NCBI GenBank assembly: GCA_029953675.1
Contig: JAMWBK010000006.1
Span: forward strand, 992,001 to 1,056,000
Source: Rhodosorus marinus CCMP1338
Taxonomy: Eukaryota; Plantae; Rhodophyta
Length of the DNA: 64,000 nt
Direction of reading: 5' to 3'
The stretch's first letter is position 1. Each line of letters opens with the position of its first letter. A program made the translations under genes and the position numbers. Below, piece after piece: positions 47,205 to 59,685 of the stretch. Under the pieces are notes generated by a model. The model saw only the letters and a program-made list of their open reading frames with translations. It was not told where the DNA came from and searched no databases.

Positions 47205-49650
47205 ACTCTAAAAAACCGAATTGCCTAGCACTCAGTCAATTTGATATACCAAAAAAACATTATCTACGTACCTAATATAGCCTACACATATTTCAAAGCG
47301 GCCCTAATATACAAATATTCACCATTTTCTCTTTTCGTTCTCGATATATACAATCCAACCGTTCGTTTATTACAATATATTTTGACGACATAAATGATTG
47401 ATCGAATCCGGTCCAGGCCCTACGAGCCCCACGATAACGAGAATATTGAATTTATGATGATTTAGGGCTCGTTCGATGGGATTTTTCACCACTAGACGAC
47501 CGATCCTATGAATTGCCTGTTTGGTTTTTATTTTTGAACGTCTTCGGGTTTCGATGGATATTTTTGAGTGTCGCTAAGATTGATAGTATATTTGAGTACG
47601 AAAACATTGTCGATCCGGATTGAATGAATTGGTTTATGGATTGAGGTTACCTCAATGCAAAACGGCGGGGTCCGGAGTCTGGCATGTCCAGGCACGACAG
47701 GAATCTGAGGTATGGATTGAGAGACCACTTGGAGGCCGGTACATATATAATCAAAGCGTCCACAGAATGAAGGCTGATGAGGGCTCATTGATATGGGGTG
47801 GGGGAGGGTGGGGAGGTATTGCTTAAGAAGAGGCCGTTTCCCCTCTCCCCTTCTCTTCGCGTGTTCTTTCCTACAAGCTGAACTGTTGGTCTGTTGACCC
47901 GAGATATCACCCTACCCCTCCGCCAGTCTGAACCTCAACTTACGAGAATTTTCTAATGCGCGTACTCGTGCTCGTTTTCCTGGGTTCCTTGAGCCAACCT
48001 GGTCGTCAATTCTCGCGCTTTACGTTCCAAAAGGTAAAAAAACGCAGCGTCTGCCTAGACTTCAGAAATAATATCCTTTCGTGTCATAATATGAACTCCT
48101 TTTTATTCAGAAATACGAAATATTTATCTCCGATTTCTCTAATGACTACAAGCCCGGTGTCTGAATATGAATTTTGTGAACATTCTGGGTACACTGCTTG
48201 CAATCTTCCCAATACGATTTATTCCTAAACCCTCTTTTTTTGATTTAGCGGATTCCTGACGGTGGCGCAGAAATCCGACCGCGAGGATTCTATCCATTCT
48301 TCTTTCTCAACACCCTGGGGAACAATTCCGCCATGTGTAGGAGGCTTGCAGTTGAGGAATGAGATAAGCAACTGATCTCCAAAGCCTGTCGCGACATCTA
48401 CCAACCGCATGCTTCGGAACAGAACCAGAATGGTGTCTCCACCTTTTGTCCCCCACCGCCAGGGAGGACCGCGTTCAATCCCCCGCAGGATATCAACAAA
48501 ATTGATACCGCTAGGACGAAAAACCTGGCCAGAGAAAAGCCTTCCCCACTAAACTCAGCGTGAGGATCGAAAACGATAAATATCCCCACTGCTACCCCAC
48601 GGCATCCATCCCTCGCGTCTCACAACACTGGTTCAATACTAATCGTATTTGCACCCAGAATAAAACTAATCATGTCCCACTACAACCTAATTTAGACCAA
48701 CATTAACTCTCCATGTTTTATCAAAACTATATCCCATCAACTGCTTCACCTAACCTCCCTATTTCTACCTATTCTGATACACGATTATAAATCTTCCAAA
48801 ACAACGATCCAAAATAATGTTTAAATCATAATTCGTCACCTAAACGATAAAATTATCTCCAAATTGAATATCTTCTAAATCCAAAACGGCCAATATTATA
48901 ATAATCGAGAAAGAATATTATTAATAAAAGTAATTTTAGTCCATATGTATAGTACAAAATAAGCCTAAAAGTGGCCTTACGAAACTATTAATTTGGGACA
49001 TTTTTTCCCAGCGCATGAGGCCAAGAGATGATATATGCGGATTTTGGGATTCCCTGAGGGGTTCCAGCCTCTGAGGCGGAAGGGGGGTGCGGTGGGGTTT
49101 TCAATAAGCGAAAAGCACCATTTGGTACTTGTTTATAATGTGTTTGCGTGTGGTGAATGTGTGTGGCAGTTCCGGTTTTCTAGGAGTGGATTCTTAGGGA
49201 GGAAGAGAAGTATTGTGGTCTTAGGGGGAGCGGGTTGGGAGGAGTGTGTGTGTGTAGAGGAGAGCTGTTAGATTGTTGAGGAGGTGCAAGCTCTGGACTT
49301 GTTGGGAAGGGAGATTTGTCGTTGTGTGTGTGCGTGTTTGTTTTTTTTGGGGTTTTGGTTTTGGTTGTTTTCGGCCAGTGTTCGAATTTAACGAGGAATG
49401 GGTTAGGCACGGAGAACGGGGTATGGAGAACTGGGTTTGTATGATGTTTGCTTTTTGAAGAAGTTCTTGACGCCCGTGAAGACACGAAAGACTTGCGTTA
49501 CGAGAGCACGCAGTTCTGGTTTGTTTTACTGTGCTAGGGCTCTTTTTACTTTTTTTTCTTTCCGCTGGTGGCTGCGTTTTTGGGAGGAAGGTTCAACGCA
49601 TTATCCTTTGACTGCTTGTTTCGGTCACGTTGAGCTCGGTCTAGGGAGAA

Positions 49651-52649
49651 ATGGCCGCTAGCCGGTCGGAGTATGACCCTCCCCCGGATGCGCTTAGAGC
49701 CTCCCAATCAGTAGTCGTACAGGCTGTAGGCACTGATAGAGGTAAGCCATAAGCACGCAATAGGATGGTGTTTGGTTTCGCTTGTTCTGTCCCTTTGATG
49801 ATGTGCTAAATATAACCGTTTGTAATGCAATCACAAATCTAGAAAGTGTCTTCAAACCTATCGTATCCTTTAGCGGGTTCCCACGAAGGTTTCACCATGC
49901 GGATGTGTTGACGTCTGGAAGTCATGACTCGACCCATTCTCAAGAAGCCTCTGCTCATTCTAGTAGTGGAGATCGTCCAGCGAAAACTGATACGATGGCA
50001 GTGGATGGATTCTTTGAAAGGTTTTTTCCAACCACTGGGAACTTCGATATAACTGGACAAGTGGAGGCTTTGCTGCAGCGCCAAGGTTCTGACGTTAGAA
50101 CGTCTTCGTCGGGAGGTACTAACGACGTCCGACATGGGATCACGATACGACCAAAGGATTAGTTCAATTGCTTCTGTCTTTCTCGTTGTTATGATGAAAC
50201 TCATCAGGAGCGTTTCGTTAATTGTCTTAGCTACAGCGGATTCAGGATGCGAATCTACTTCGAGCGGACGACGGGTTCAGTCACTCGATGTGGCGGATTC
50301 GAGGAGCGCTGAAGCAAGATTTGTTGGCAAATCTTTGTGGAGAGAAGCATCATTTCATCCGGATGCGAAGATTCCCTTGAGGGCAGCTAGCCTCGCGACG
50401 TTTACAGTATTTAGGATTTGCCGGCTTTTTTCGCCTCTGGAATGTCTCGTCCAGTCTTTGTCGGGTTCGCTGAGAGAAAAAGTGCCGCTGGCTTTTGCGT
50501 TTGAGATCGCACGCTTGTCAAGAATTTGACTGAATGGCTAATCTTTCTGTTCCTGTGATATGCAGGTGCCCGAGTGAAGTACTGTACACTGGCCAACGCA
50601 AGGAAAATGGCTGTCGTCTGGATGAACAAGAATTTGAAGAGCTTAAGCTACAATGTTGATGGTGAAACCCACTCTGCATCGGTAGTTGAGATTGAGAGTT
50701 TGAAGACTCATGACAGAATGCTGAAAATCAAATGCCGAGATCCTTCTAACCCAGATGGAAGGAGGCTTGTCTTCATTTTCGCTACCCGTGATGCATGCGA
50801 GATCTTTGTCACGGCTTTGGCTCTCCTTGCTCCAATCGAGGCACTGGTGGGTGCTTCCTTGGCTATTACTACTTCTCTCTGGTCCTACGCTTGCCGTTGG
50901 TTTCGTAGTGGATTTCTGCACCACCGCTGCAAGCAAGAGAGAAGATGCTGATCTTCGCGCGGGGAAAGAAGGGGACTGAATATCAGGTTTTTAATATCCG
51001 CCTCCTTTTCTAGGTTAAGGACAACGGAGCCGAGATCAAGTATCGACAGTTCTACAATCCGATGAAAGACACATACAACCGTAAACCTGTAGCTGAGAAG
51101 AAGAAGTTTGGTCCTTATGTGCTACTGAAGGGGATCGGGCGTGGGGCGTTTGGCAAGGTGTATGTGGCTCTTCATGTCAAGGAGAGAAGAATCTACGCAG
51201 TCAAGGCCGTGAAGAAGATGGTTCGCCGTGCAACACAAAACTTTTCCAGCACTTGGAGGTGATCTGTTTTCTGGGACTTCTTTAGACTTAAGGCTTATGT
51301 TTGTCTGCCTGACACCTCTTGTGAACAGACAAAGCTTGACATGGCCGCCGCAGGACAAGCGTTCGGTGAGAGTTTTGTTTTGAAATCCAGCGGAACGTCT
51401 GATCGTGAGACGCGTATCATGTCGCGCATTCAGAACCACAAGAACATTGTTACAATGAAGGAAATTGTGGAAGATCCCATCCGCCGCCGAGTGTTACTCG
51501 TTGTAGAGTTGATGCCAAGTGGTGCGCTCATGAGCATGGAGAACCCTGTGCCGCTGCAATTGGACCTTGCAAAGAAGGTTTGGACATTTGTGTCATACGC
51601 AAAAGCTTACCCGTACAGGGTCTAAACAAAGAGGTGTACCGCTTTCTGCAGGTGTTCAAGGATTGTGTTTCTGGACTTCAGTTCTTGCATCAGCACAATA
51701 TAGTACACCGAGACATCAAACCGGAGAATATTCTCGCCCAGCCGGACGGCACGTGCAAACTGTCAGACTTTGGAACATCGAAGGTGTATGAAATGGACGA
51801 TCCGGATACTTTTATCGGACAAGAGTAAGGCAAAATTCACGCCTTCTGAAACGTGGTGGCCCGGGACTTGCGGGTTATATCCACAAACCAATTGCCCCGG
51901 ATGAGCGTACTTGTGACGCTTCTACTGTACTGCAGTTGCGATCGCGGCTTTTGCCCAGGTCTGTACGCTTTGCCGGCGCTAACCTCTTGTTTCCTACTCT
52001 CGACACCCCAGGACTGCTGTTGGTACTCCCGCTTTTTGCTCCCCTGAGCACTGCTTGTCACGTGCTGCCCCTAAGTATGAGGGAAATTCTTTTCCGTCTG
52101 ACATTTGGGCCCTTGGCGTGACCTTGTACTTTATGATCTACGGTGTGCTGCCGTTTGAAGCTCCGGGCGTGTTCGAGACATACGACGCTATTTGTACGAA
52201 TACGCTGAAGTTTCCTGACGTACCAGCGGTGAGTAGCTGAGCGACGCGAGTTGACGCTAGCGTGTGTGTTCTCACTTTTTTCGAACATTCTTAACTTGAG
52301 TGTGCAGATTCCGAACTCCATGAAGGAACTCCTCGTTGCTACGATGCAGAGAAATCCTCTGAAAAGGCCTACGGCCAAGGAGCTTGGAACTTCAACGTGG
52401 CTGCTCAGCGAAGATGCAGTGGTAGTAGGCGTATCGAGCCCAATGGAGCGATCACTGATCAGCAAGCGAGGTGCCGCAAAGCAGCTCTCCGCGTCGGCTG
52501 CCTCCCGCGGTGTGAAGGCTTCCCCCTCACCAGCTGGATCCTCAGTTACCTCCTCGTTATCCAGTGGAACGTTGGCCCATTCAAGGACTTCCAATTGGAA
52601 CGGCAAAGGGGAAGAGCGTTACCAATCGCGGTACGCAGAGTACATGTAG
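49651..52649 (+). CDS. CaMKK/GRIK/Sak1-like Ser/Thr kinase with an N-terminal PH-like region; multi-exon
   Basis: GIGRGAFGKV, YAVKAVKK, HKNIVTMKEIVED, HRDIKPEN, CKLSDFG, spliced QE|TAVGTPAFCSPE, SDIWALGVTLYFMIYGVLPF; Ser-rich tail. Confidence 0.9.
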
Positions 52650-53242
52650 CTGCACTCTAGAGGCTTAACGTAGCCTGAAGAAATCTGTACTTTATTTTTC
52701 ATCTGCATATTTATCCCAGTAGTGGTTTGAGATTGATATTAAACGAGCCAAAGCAAAGAACAAGAACATGGGGCCTTTCAAGCAGATCGGGTTGCCTTGA
52801 ATTCTAGATTCGAAGGGTATGGCCCGTGCGAATTGCGTTCCAACCGCAAGTGGTCCTCCATTGCTCCTACGTTGGTGTAAAAGTTGTCCACCCACCCTTA
52901 TTGGCCTCGCCAGGCCAGAAATCTGTTCCGCTATTTTGACGCTATGCCACTCCGAAGGTGGGTACAGCAACTCTCCTCGTGGCCGGGGTATTCCTACCCT
53001 GCTCCATGTCCTTTGCTCCTTCGAGGAGGAGAGGGGATGTGATTGATTGATGTCTTTCTCGTAGATAATCGCCATCCGATATGACCCGATGAATGCCAGC
53101 CCCCAACAACTCCTCACTGTATTCGAGCTGGTTCCTCTCGCTTAGAACATATCGAAAGCATCGCGAACAAGAATTCTCTTCAGTTCCTTGCGAATCTGAA
53201 TTCTCAGCACTGATCCTATGCTCCGCGAGTGTCTTCCAAAGT

Positions 53243-54208
53243 TCAAAGTACGATGAAGATTCTCGTTGAGTTTGTACTTCTAACTTCACGTATTCGTTTG
53301 CAGTGTCGAAGAAGGTTCAAGATGCTTTTCGCAGTCGCGGCGGGACGTATTTCCGGGCAGGCTTTTATATCATTTGACGAAATGAACGGAGAATTACCCA
53401 GCTCTGCAGAGAGTTCCTCGTCCTGGTACGCCTGAACTTGATTCAGCTGCTTGGAAGAAAGTTCCCGCATTGGGCGCCGGAGGAGCTGGTATTTGTCTCG
53501 AATAAGCCGATTCAGGACGTTGACTGTGTCATTCACTTTCTCAAGAGTGAGCCTCCCAACGACATACTGAGGCGCCGATTTGAGCTCCGATGCAGTTAAG
53601 TACTTGATCTCTGGATGCGACGGTGTTGCGGAACCGCGGGTTCCGGACCCTCGTTTGCACTGTGAGGAATCTGATTCTAGAGCATTGGTGAGGTTCTCGT
53701 CTAGATTATGAGCTTCTGTGTTCCAAGTACCGTCGTTTCCATCCGAGTTGGTTTCGTTTGACTGATGTGTTTTCGGAAGATGACGGGGAACGTTTTCATC
53801 GATGGCTGTCAACCTCCGCGATTGACCTTCGATTCTCGAGAACAGTTCCTGCATCAAATGAAAAGTCATATCCCTTAGTTTCCTCGTATTCGTCGCACTT
53901 CAAAAAGATTGAAAAAAGTCTCCGTTCGAAGCTAGGCATCTACTAACCTTCGTCCTTTCAAGGTCCGTACTTTCCTTGCTGCAGTAGGCCTTCAGCTTCT
54001 TCAGCAGCAGCTCCACTTCGTCAACTGCATTGGAAGCTCTGACCAACTTCTTCTGAATCTCCTCTTTAGCAGAGCTATTTTCTTCCACTCGAAGGAGCAT
54101 CAAGGACTGGAGCTCATCGATACGGTTCGATATGCTGTCTTCCACCTGCTGCAGAAGCTCGCTGGCCCTTGAGCAGGTTGCAACAGATTTTCCGTTTGAC
54201 TTCAACAT
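53243..54208 (-). CDS. SKA1: Spindle and kinetochore-associated protein 1; 1 intron
   Basis: N-terminal coiled coil; C-terminal microtubule-binding domain IKYLTASELKSAPQYVVGRLTLEKVN...KYQLL...ILNLLRHCKRIREVR. Confidence 0.88.
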
Positions 54209-56278
54209 CTCGTTCCTTCTCTATCTCTCATGTCCATTTCCGTTCAAAACTTTCCCGAGTGCCTGTTGCCGAGCTATTCCTACGTTGTCATCGTGCACGT
54301 GGGAAGCGAGTCTGTGCCTTGCGGCACCTGCTGGACTACAAAATTTTGCCGTTACCGCCGATCTCATCTTCAAGAATTTCAAATATTTAAAACAAACAAT
54401 GGATTGACTTCAATCCATATAAACGTTTTTTATTTTTCAATTCATGATCATGATTTTGTATTTGGATTCATCTATTTTGATTGCGAGGAAAGAGCGGATA
54501 AGACAGACTGTCCGTTTCGAGAAGAGTGCGGGAGGCTTCGTCGAAGTCCGCGGGTTCGATTTCCACTCAGAGAACCTACGAGCGCGAAAGAATGAGGTGG
54601 GGTCATGGATTTGTAATTTTCTCACTAAGTCCTCTAGGACTTTGCGGCGGTTCTACAAGCGCAGCTGATGCCTCCGCAGCCAAAAACTGACTAGTTTCAA
54701 AGAGGATGAACGACTGAACTAACTGCTTACACCCATGAGACGCTTTTTAGTTGTATAAACGTGTGGAACACGCCCAGTTCACCCATCATTGCAGATTACG
54801 GTGCTCAGCCTGGCGAACAACGTATCGGAAATCTTGCTTTTTACCTCGTTGTCCGAAGCGAATATAGAGACTGAGCCTTTTCTGGGACTGCCTTGGCGGA
54901 TCGAGCTTTGTTCATAAGCCAAAGACCAAGTTGGGGCTAGTTACGTCCTGCCCCATCTTCCGCTATAATCTGTCCAACCACGGCGTGAGTGCAGGTTTGG
55001 CTCATTGGTCAAACGCTGATAAGATGATAGAGCATCTTCACTAGCTGAGCTAAAAAATCCGTTTTCTCCCTCAAAGCCTCATCCGAAGTCACGAAAGTTC
55101 CTGAGAACGAGTTCAGTCACAAACGGATAACCCAGCCTTGCTTACAGGGATTTCCCCCGATAATCATCAACCCGCTTACACTAAGCTCGAATTCAGCAAG
55201 AGAGAAAATACCCCTTTGCAAGAGATCTCCAGAAAAGTTGTATTAATTGTATTACTTAATAAATATGATCTATTCGTATTTTGAACCTGCAGTTCACCGG
55301 CTGGGAGGGTTTCGCTTTTTCCTGGCTTTCGGAACAGTTGGATCCAGTTCGCTTTGAGAGGACAGTGGCCTAGGTGGGGTCCTATTCGCTTAGACCTAGT
55401 TTAGAGACCTTTCCATTATTCGCTCTTATTGATTTAAAGATTCGCATGGATCTCGATGGCAAGGAGAGGTGTACCAGGACGCCAGAACCGTCCGCCACGA
55501 TAGCGTGAAAAAACAATATGGGCAATGAAACGTTTGTCAGAGAAAAACAGAGCCCAAGCCTGCCCCGCGAGACAAAAAAGATTAAAGCGATATTAAGATA
55601 TGCGTTCTTTGTTGTCTCTTCCCGCCCTAAGGGGTTGAGGAAAAACGTCCTCACCCAGTTGCCGGAACCCCGTTCATTGGGCGGCCAGTCGGTCAAAATC
55701 TTGCTGGGTGAAAAGTGATCTTCTTCTTGTTCATAAAAGTGTTAATTTTTGAGCGTGAGTTGGAAGCAACGTTGACGCGTCGCTTTTGGAAGGCTTGCTG
55801 GCCCGCAGCGGACATAGCCTAGTCCTTGATTCGGGCTGAGTGACCGTCCTCTCACAACCTCTGCTAGGGGAGTCGCCTTTTTATATCCGTAGAGACCGAT
55901 ATTTTGCATCTTGAGATTCTTTCTAGCCCATTGGGGCAAAAGCTGTCGGCTGAGTAGGACCCTTGCATTGTACCCGGTTTTCCTCTGACTCGAAACTTCA
56001 ACCATTCTCCATTTAGATTGGATGATCGTCCTCTAGACAGAAAGCGGCTTCCCCGGGTCTTGTAGAGCGATAAGGCGATATTCGATACTGGTTCGCTCAA
56101 AATCCCAGCTCACCCCCCCCGGCACTAGCCACAGCTCGAGGGACAATAAAAACCTACTCCTCGCTTTCCTTCTCGATTAGGGTACACATAACTCATAGGG
56201 CACTAGAGCGTAACATTGACGGTGACCCAGAGAAGATCAGGAAGGAGATTGTTGGAGAGACGACGTTCCAGGAGCATC

Positions 56279-57079
56279 ATGAAGACTGCTGTGTCTATCG
56301 CGCTGGTTGTGGCATTGGTTGCCGTTCTCGGGGTATCGGAAGCTGCGCCCTTCGTATGCAAGAACCCCAACGTCGAGAAGCCGAACTTCAGGACCATCAC
56401 TCACGGTCAGAGCCATAACGCACGCGGTTTGACAACCGCCTTCGAGTACTTCAAGGATATTCTTGGAGGCGAAGATAACGGAAGCAACCCGGGACCACTC
56501 AGGAAAGGACACCGATCTATCAACTGGGATGCTCCAGTCGTTCCCTTTGAGTTCCCGAGGAAGTTCTTCGAAGAGACTGTCACTCGTGGACTCGCTGTCG
56601 CAAGCAAGAACAACAAGTTCCGTGTGAGCAACCCGGAACCCAACCACATCGGTGACGACAAGTTCTCCACCATCAACCGCCGTGAGTCCAAGAAGTTCCT
56701 GACCTTCAGCCCCAAGAGACTGTTCACACCGATCAAGGACAACGAGTTCTGGATCCGATTCACGGTCCCCGGCAAGAGGACCAAGGCTGTCGTAAGAGGA
56801 TTCGGAGCGGTATTCGTCGGAGTAGACTTTGAAAGAACTACCAAGATGACTGCCTACGACCTCGACGACTGTGTGATCGCGTCCGAGTACGTTGAGGCGA
56901 AGAGGAACGGACTGTCGTTCCTTGGAATCTACTTTGAGAAGCCGATCATTGCTCGTATTGTGATTGAGCTTGGCAATTTCGAAATCGATGCGAGGAATTA
57001 CTGCGGATACAGGTGCGATGAGGACGTCGTCGTTTTGGATGACTTCTTGTACGGCGAGCCACAGAGCATCTTCGCTTAA
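56279..57079 (+). CDS. Secreted protein of an uncharacterised bacterial-like family, tandem copy 1; intronless, 266 aa
   Basis: Signal peptide MKTAVSIALVVALVAVLGVSEA; motifs GHRSINWD, FSPKRLF, GFGAVF, GLSFLG, DDFLYGEP; strong C/G-ending codon bias. Confidence 0.9.
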   Translation: MKTAVSIALVVALVAVLGVSEAAPFVCKNPNVEKPNFRTITHGQSHNARGLTTAFEYFKDILGGEDNGSNPGPLRKGHRSINWDAPVVPFEFPRKFFEETVTRGLAVASKNNKFRVSNPEPNHIGDDKFSTINRRESKKFLTFSPKRLFTPIKDNEFWIRFTVPGKRTKAVVRGFGAVFVGVDFERTTKMTAYDLDDCVIASEYVEAKRNGLSFLGIYFEKPIIARIVIELGNFEIDARNYCGYRCDEDVVVLDDFLYGEPQSIFA

Positions 57080-58747
57080 GAAGGGTTTTGCTACAAAACA
57101 TCCGATATCCAATAAGGATCCACCGCCGGAGTGCACCCTTAGGCCCGCCGTTTCACTGGGCATATCAATAAATCGGAAATATCCCAAGTTGCTGTTGAAA
57201 ATTGAGATTCGAAGATTCGGCACTGTGTTTACTTCTACTCACAGAAATTTACTGTTTGAAGGCACCCGTAATTCCCTCTAGTTCGCTTTCTCTTCATCAA
57301 CCCAACTCTCTGGCGGTTTTACTGGCATGCCTTAAGCGCTACGCGAGGGCGTAAAAGGGAACGGCAAGCGCCACTCGATCCAACGAATTCAACACTAGTC
57401 AGCTTGCCTTCCGAATGCCCTACCCGCTAAACCTGCCTAGTCCAGCTGAGGCGGTGGTTTGAAGTGCGTCTGTTTCAGCCAGGTCTCATCTAGGTCTCGG
57501 CTAGGTATCCGTGAGGAAACGTTAGTGGTGGCCTCCACTCTACGAATACAAAACGATGAAAAAAGCGCTTCCAAATTGTTCACCAAGTCTAAGTCGCCTA
57601 TGAAAAAGGGGATATTCTATATGACACTATGGCACAACAACTCTCTCTTCAATATTTTAACCGATTCAAAACAAGATTTTGACAAACATCTGCATTTATC
57701 ATTGAAACTACGGAGACTCCCATTGGAGTACCTTCTTCACTACTAGATTGGCCAGCAAGTTTTCGTTTGTATTAGAAACTAAACACAAAATCCTGTTTCT
57801 GGAAGCTATTGGGTTCGCTTTTGACCAATCACATATACCTCGTTCCATTTCAGGGCCGAATTTTAGCCCCATTAATTCTCAGGCTTAATCAATACGCCAC
57901 GATAAAGACGTTCGATGCAAGGTGGAGGAGATCTACTAGGCCCGGTAAACGTCAGGAGCGGCGTGCTGGCCTGTTTTGATTCTTGCTTACATACGGTGAT
58001 TAGAAGGTGACACCGAAAAGATTCAATAGATCGTATTTTTCAGTGAGTGTATTTTTCCTTGATAATGAATGCCGGGGAATCGGTTATGTCAAAACTAATT
58101 GGAGATTCGGATTTTTATCTCTCTCGTCAGCGTTTTCATTGGGGATCGGATTTTTGGCAAGGTCTATACGATAACACCGCGGCGAGGGGCTCAAACGGGT
58201 GGGGGGAGATGGAGAGTGAGTCTGTCTCATGGATAACAGCTCGCGCGACGGAGCGAGTAGTCAGCTTGATGCCCGTAGCGAGGAGATTGCTGCCCCTGAT
58301 AAAAAGATGAGCCAGTTTTATTGGGAAAACAATCGGACAAATGAACTCACGGAAGATGTCGGGCTGTGCTCCTCAGGGTCGGCTCCGGCCAGCTAACTGT
58401 TGAAATTTTCCGGGGCCAATGTTTACTGGCCCCGAGCCCCTGGATTCCGGTGCTTGTAGGCAACCAGAACTTTGGGCGTATCTGCAAAACTTCAGGAGAC
58501 CCGGCGAGGGCTAAAAACTATGGGAACCTGTATGGGACAGACGTCTGCCGTTTAGTAACGGAAGTCTTTGGGTCCCCTCCTCGCAGGGAAAGAGGACGAA
58601 AATCAGTACATTCTGTGCTCCTTGTGGATGCAACAAATGGGGCGAACTATCTCAGAGTGCGACGGTGGCAATCTCGATTCCGTTTACCTTGCGGATGCCT
58701 TACTTGGCCCACCACTTTGTCATCCCTATTGTCATCCCTATACAGAC

Positions 58748-58755
58748 TATATATA
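58748..58755 (+). promoter_or_regulatory. TATA-like element (tatatata) about 135 bp upstream of copy 2; same element at 61144-61151 for copy 3
   Basis: Position conserved relative to the ATG in both duplicated units. Confidence 0.45.
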
Positions 58756-58884
58756 GCTGATCCTCCTGCTCCTTCTACATTCGGGTACTCGAAACTCATC
58801 AAGCACCAGAGACAGTAGCATTGACGGAGACCCAGAGAAGATCAGCAAAGAGACTGTTAGAGAAGACTACATTCAAGGAAGACC

Positions 58885-59685
58885 ATGAAGACTGCTGTGT
58901 ATATCGCACTTGTGGCGGCATTGGTTGCCGTTCTCGGTGTAGCAGAGGCGGCGCCGTTCGTCTGCAAGGACCCACACTTCCAGAAGCCCAACTTCAGGAC
59001 CATCACTCACGGCCAGAGCCACAACGCACACGGTTTGAAAACCGCCTTCGACTACTTCAAGGATATTCTTGGAGGCAAAGACAACGGAAGCAACCCGGGA
59101 CCACTCAGGAAAGGACACCGATCTATCAACTGGGATGCTCCAGTTGTTCCCTTTGAGTTCCCGAGGAAGTTCTTCGAGCAGACCGTCACTCGTGGACTCG
59201 CTGTCGCAAGCAAGAACAACAAGTTCCGTGTGAGCAACCCGGAACCCAACCACATCGGTGACGACAAGTTCTCCACCATCAACCACCGTGAGTCCAAGAA
59301 GTTCCAGACCTTCAGCCCCAAGAGACTGTTCACACCGATCAAGGACAACGAGTTCTGGATCCGATTCACGGTCCCTGGAAAGAAGACCAAGGCTGTGGTG
59401 AGAGGATTCGGAGCGGTGTTCGTGGGCGTTGACTTGGAGAGAGTGACCAAGATGACTGCCTACGACATCAACGACTGTGTGATCGCGACCGAGTACGTTG
59501 AGGCGAAGAGGAACGGACTGTCGTTCCTCGGATTCTACTTCGAGAAGCCGATCATTGCCCGTGTTGCGATTGAGCTTGGCAACTTCGAGATCGATGCGAG
59601 GAACTACTGTGGATACAGGTGCGATGAGGACATTGTCGTTTTGGATGACTTCTTGTACGCGGAGCCACAGAGCATCTTCGGTTAA
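58885..59685 (+). CDS. Secreted protein of an uncharacterised bacterial-like family, tandem copy 2; 266 aa
   Basis: Paralog of 56279-57079; ATG to TAA, intronless. Confidence 0.9.
   Translation: MKTAVYIALVAALVAVLGVAEAAPFVCKDPHFQKPNFRTITHGQSHNAHGLKTAFDYFKDILGGKDNGSNPGPLRKGHRSINWDAPVVPFEFPRKFFEQTVTRGLAVASKNNKFRVSNPEPNHIGDDKFSTINHRESKKFQTFSPKRLFTPIKDNEFWIRFTVPGKKTKAVVRGFGAVFVGVDLERVTKMTAYDINDCVIATEYVEAKRNGLSFLGFYFEKPIIARVAIELGNFEIDARNYCGYRCDEDIVVLDDFLYAEPQSIFG

Noticed and set aside
48225-48589. Two overlapping minus-strand ORFs that could form a frameshifted secreted protein
   Set aside because: No ATG start for the first ORF and no recognisable homology; kept only as an orphan-promoter note.
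51936-51958. Possible 23-nt microexon inside the CaMKK activation-loop intron
   Set aside because: Inclusion would shift the frame; direct splicing already yields the canonical QETAVGTPAFCSPE.
52692-53289. Minus-strand ORFs overlapping and downstream of the SKA1 stop
   Set aside because: No motifs and no clear start or splice structure; likely 3' UTR/intergenic sequence between convergent genes.
54440-55260. Protein-like minus-strand fragments interrupted by stops
   Set aside because: Too short and with no recognisable family to call a pseudogene or transposon.
56226-56240. cagagaagatcag resembling the U6 snRNA ACAGAGA box (also at 58832 and 61228)
   Set aside because: It lies in the 5' UTR of the tandem genes and the rest of U6 is absent.
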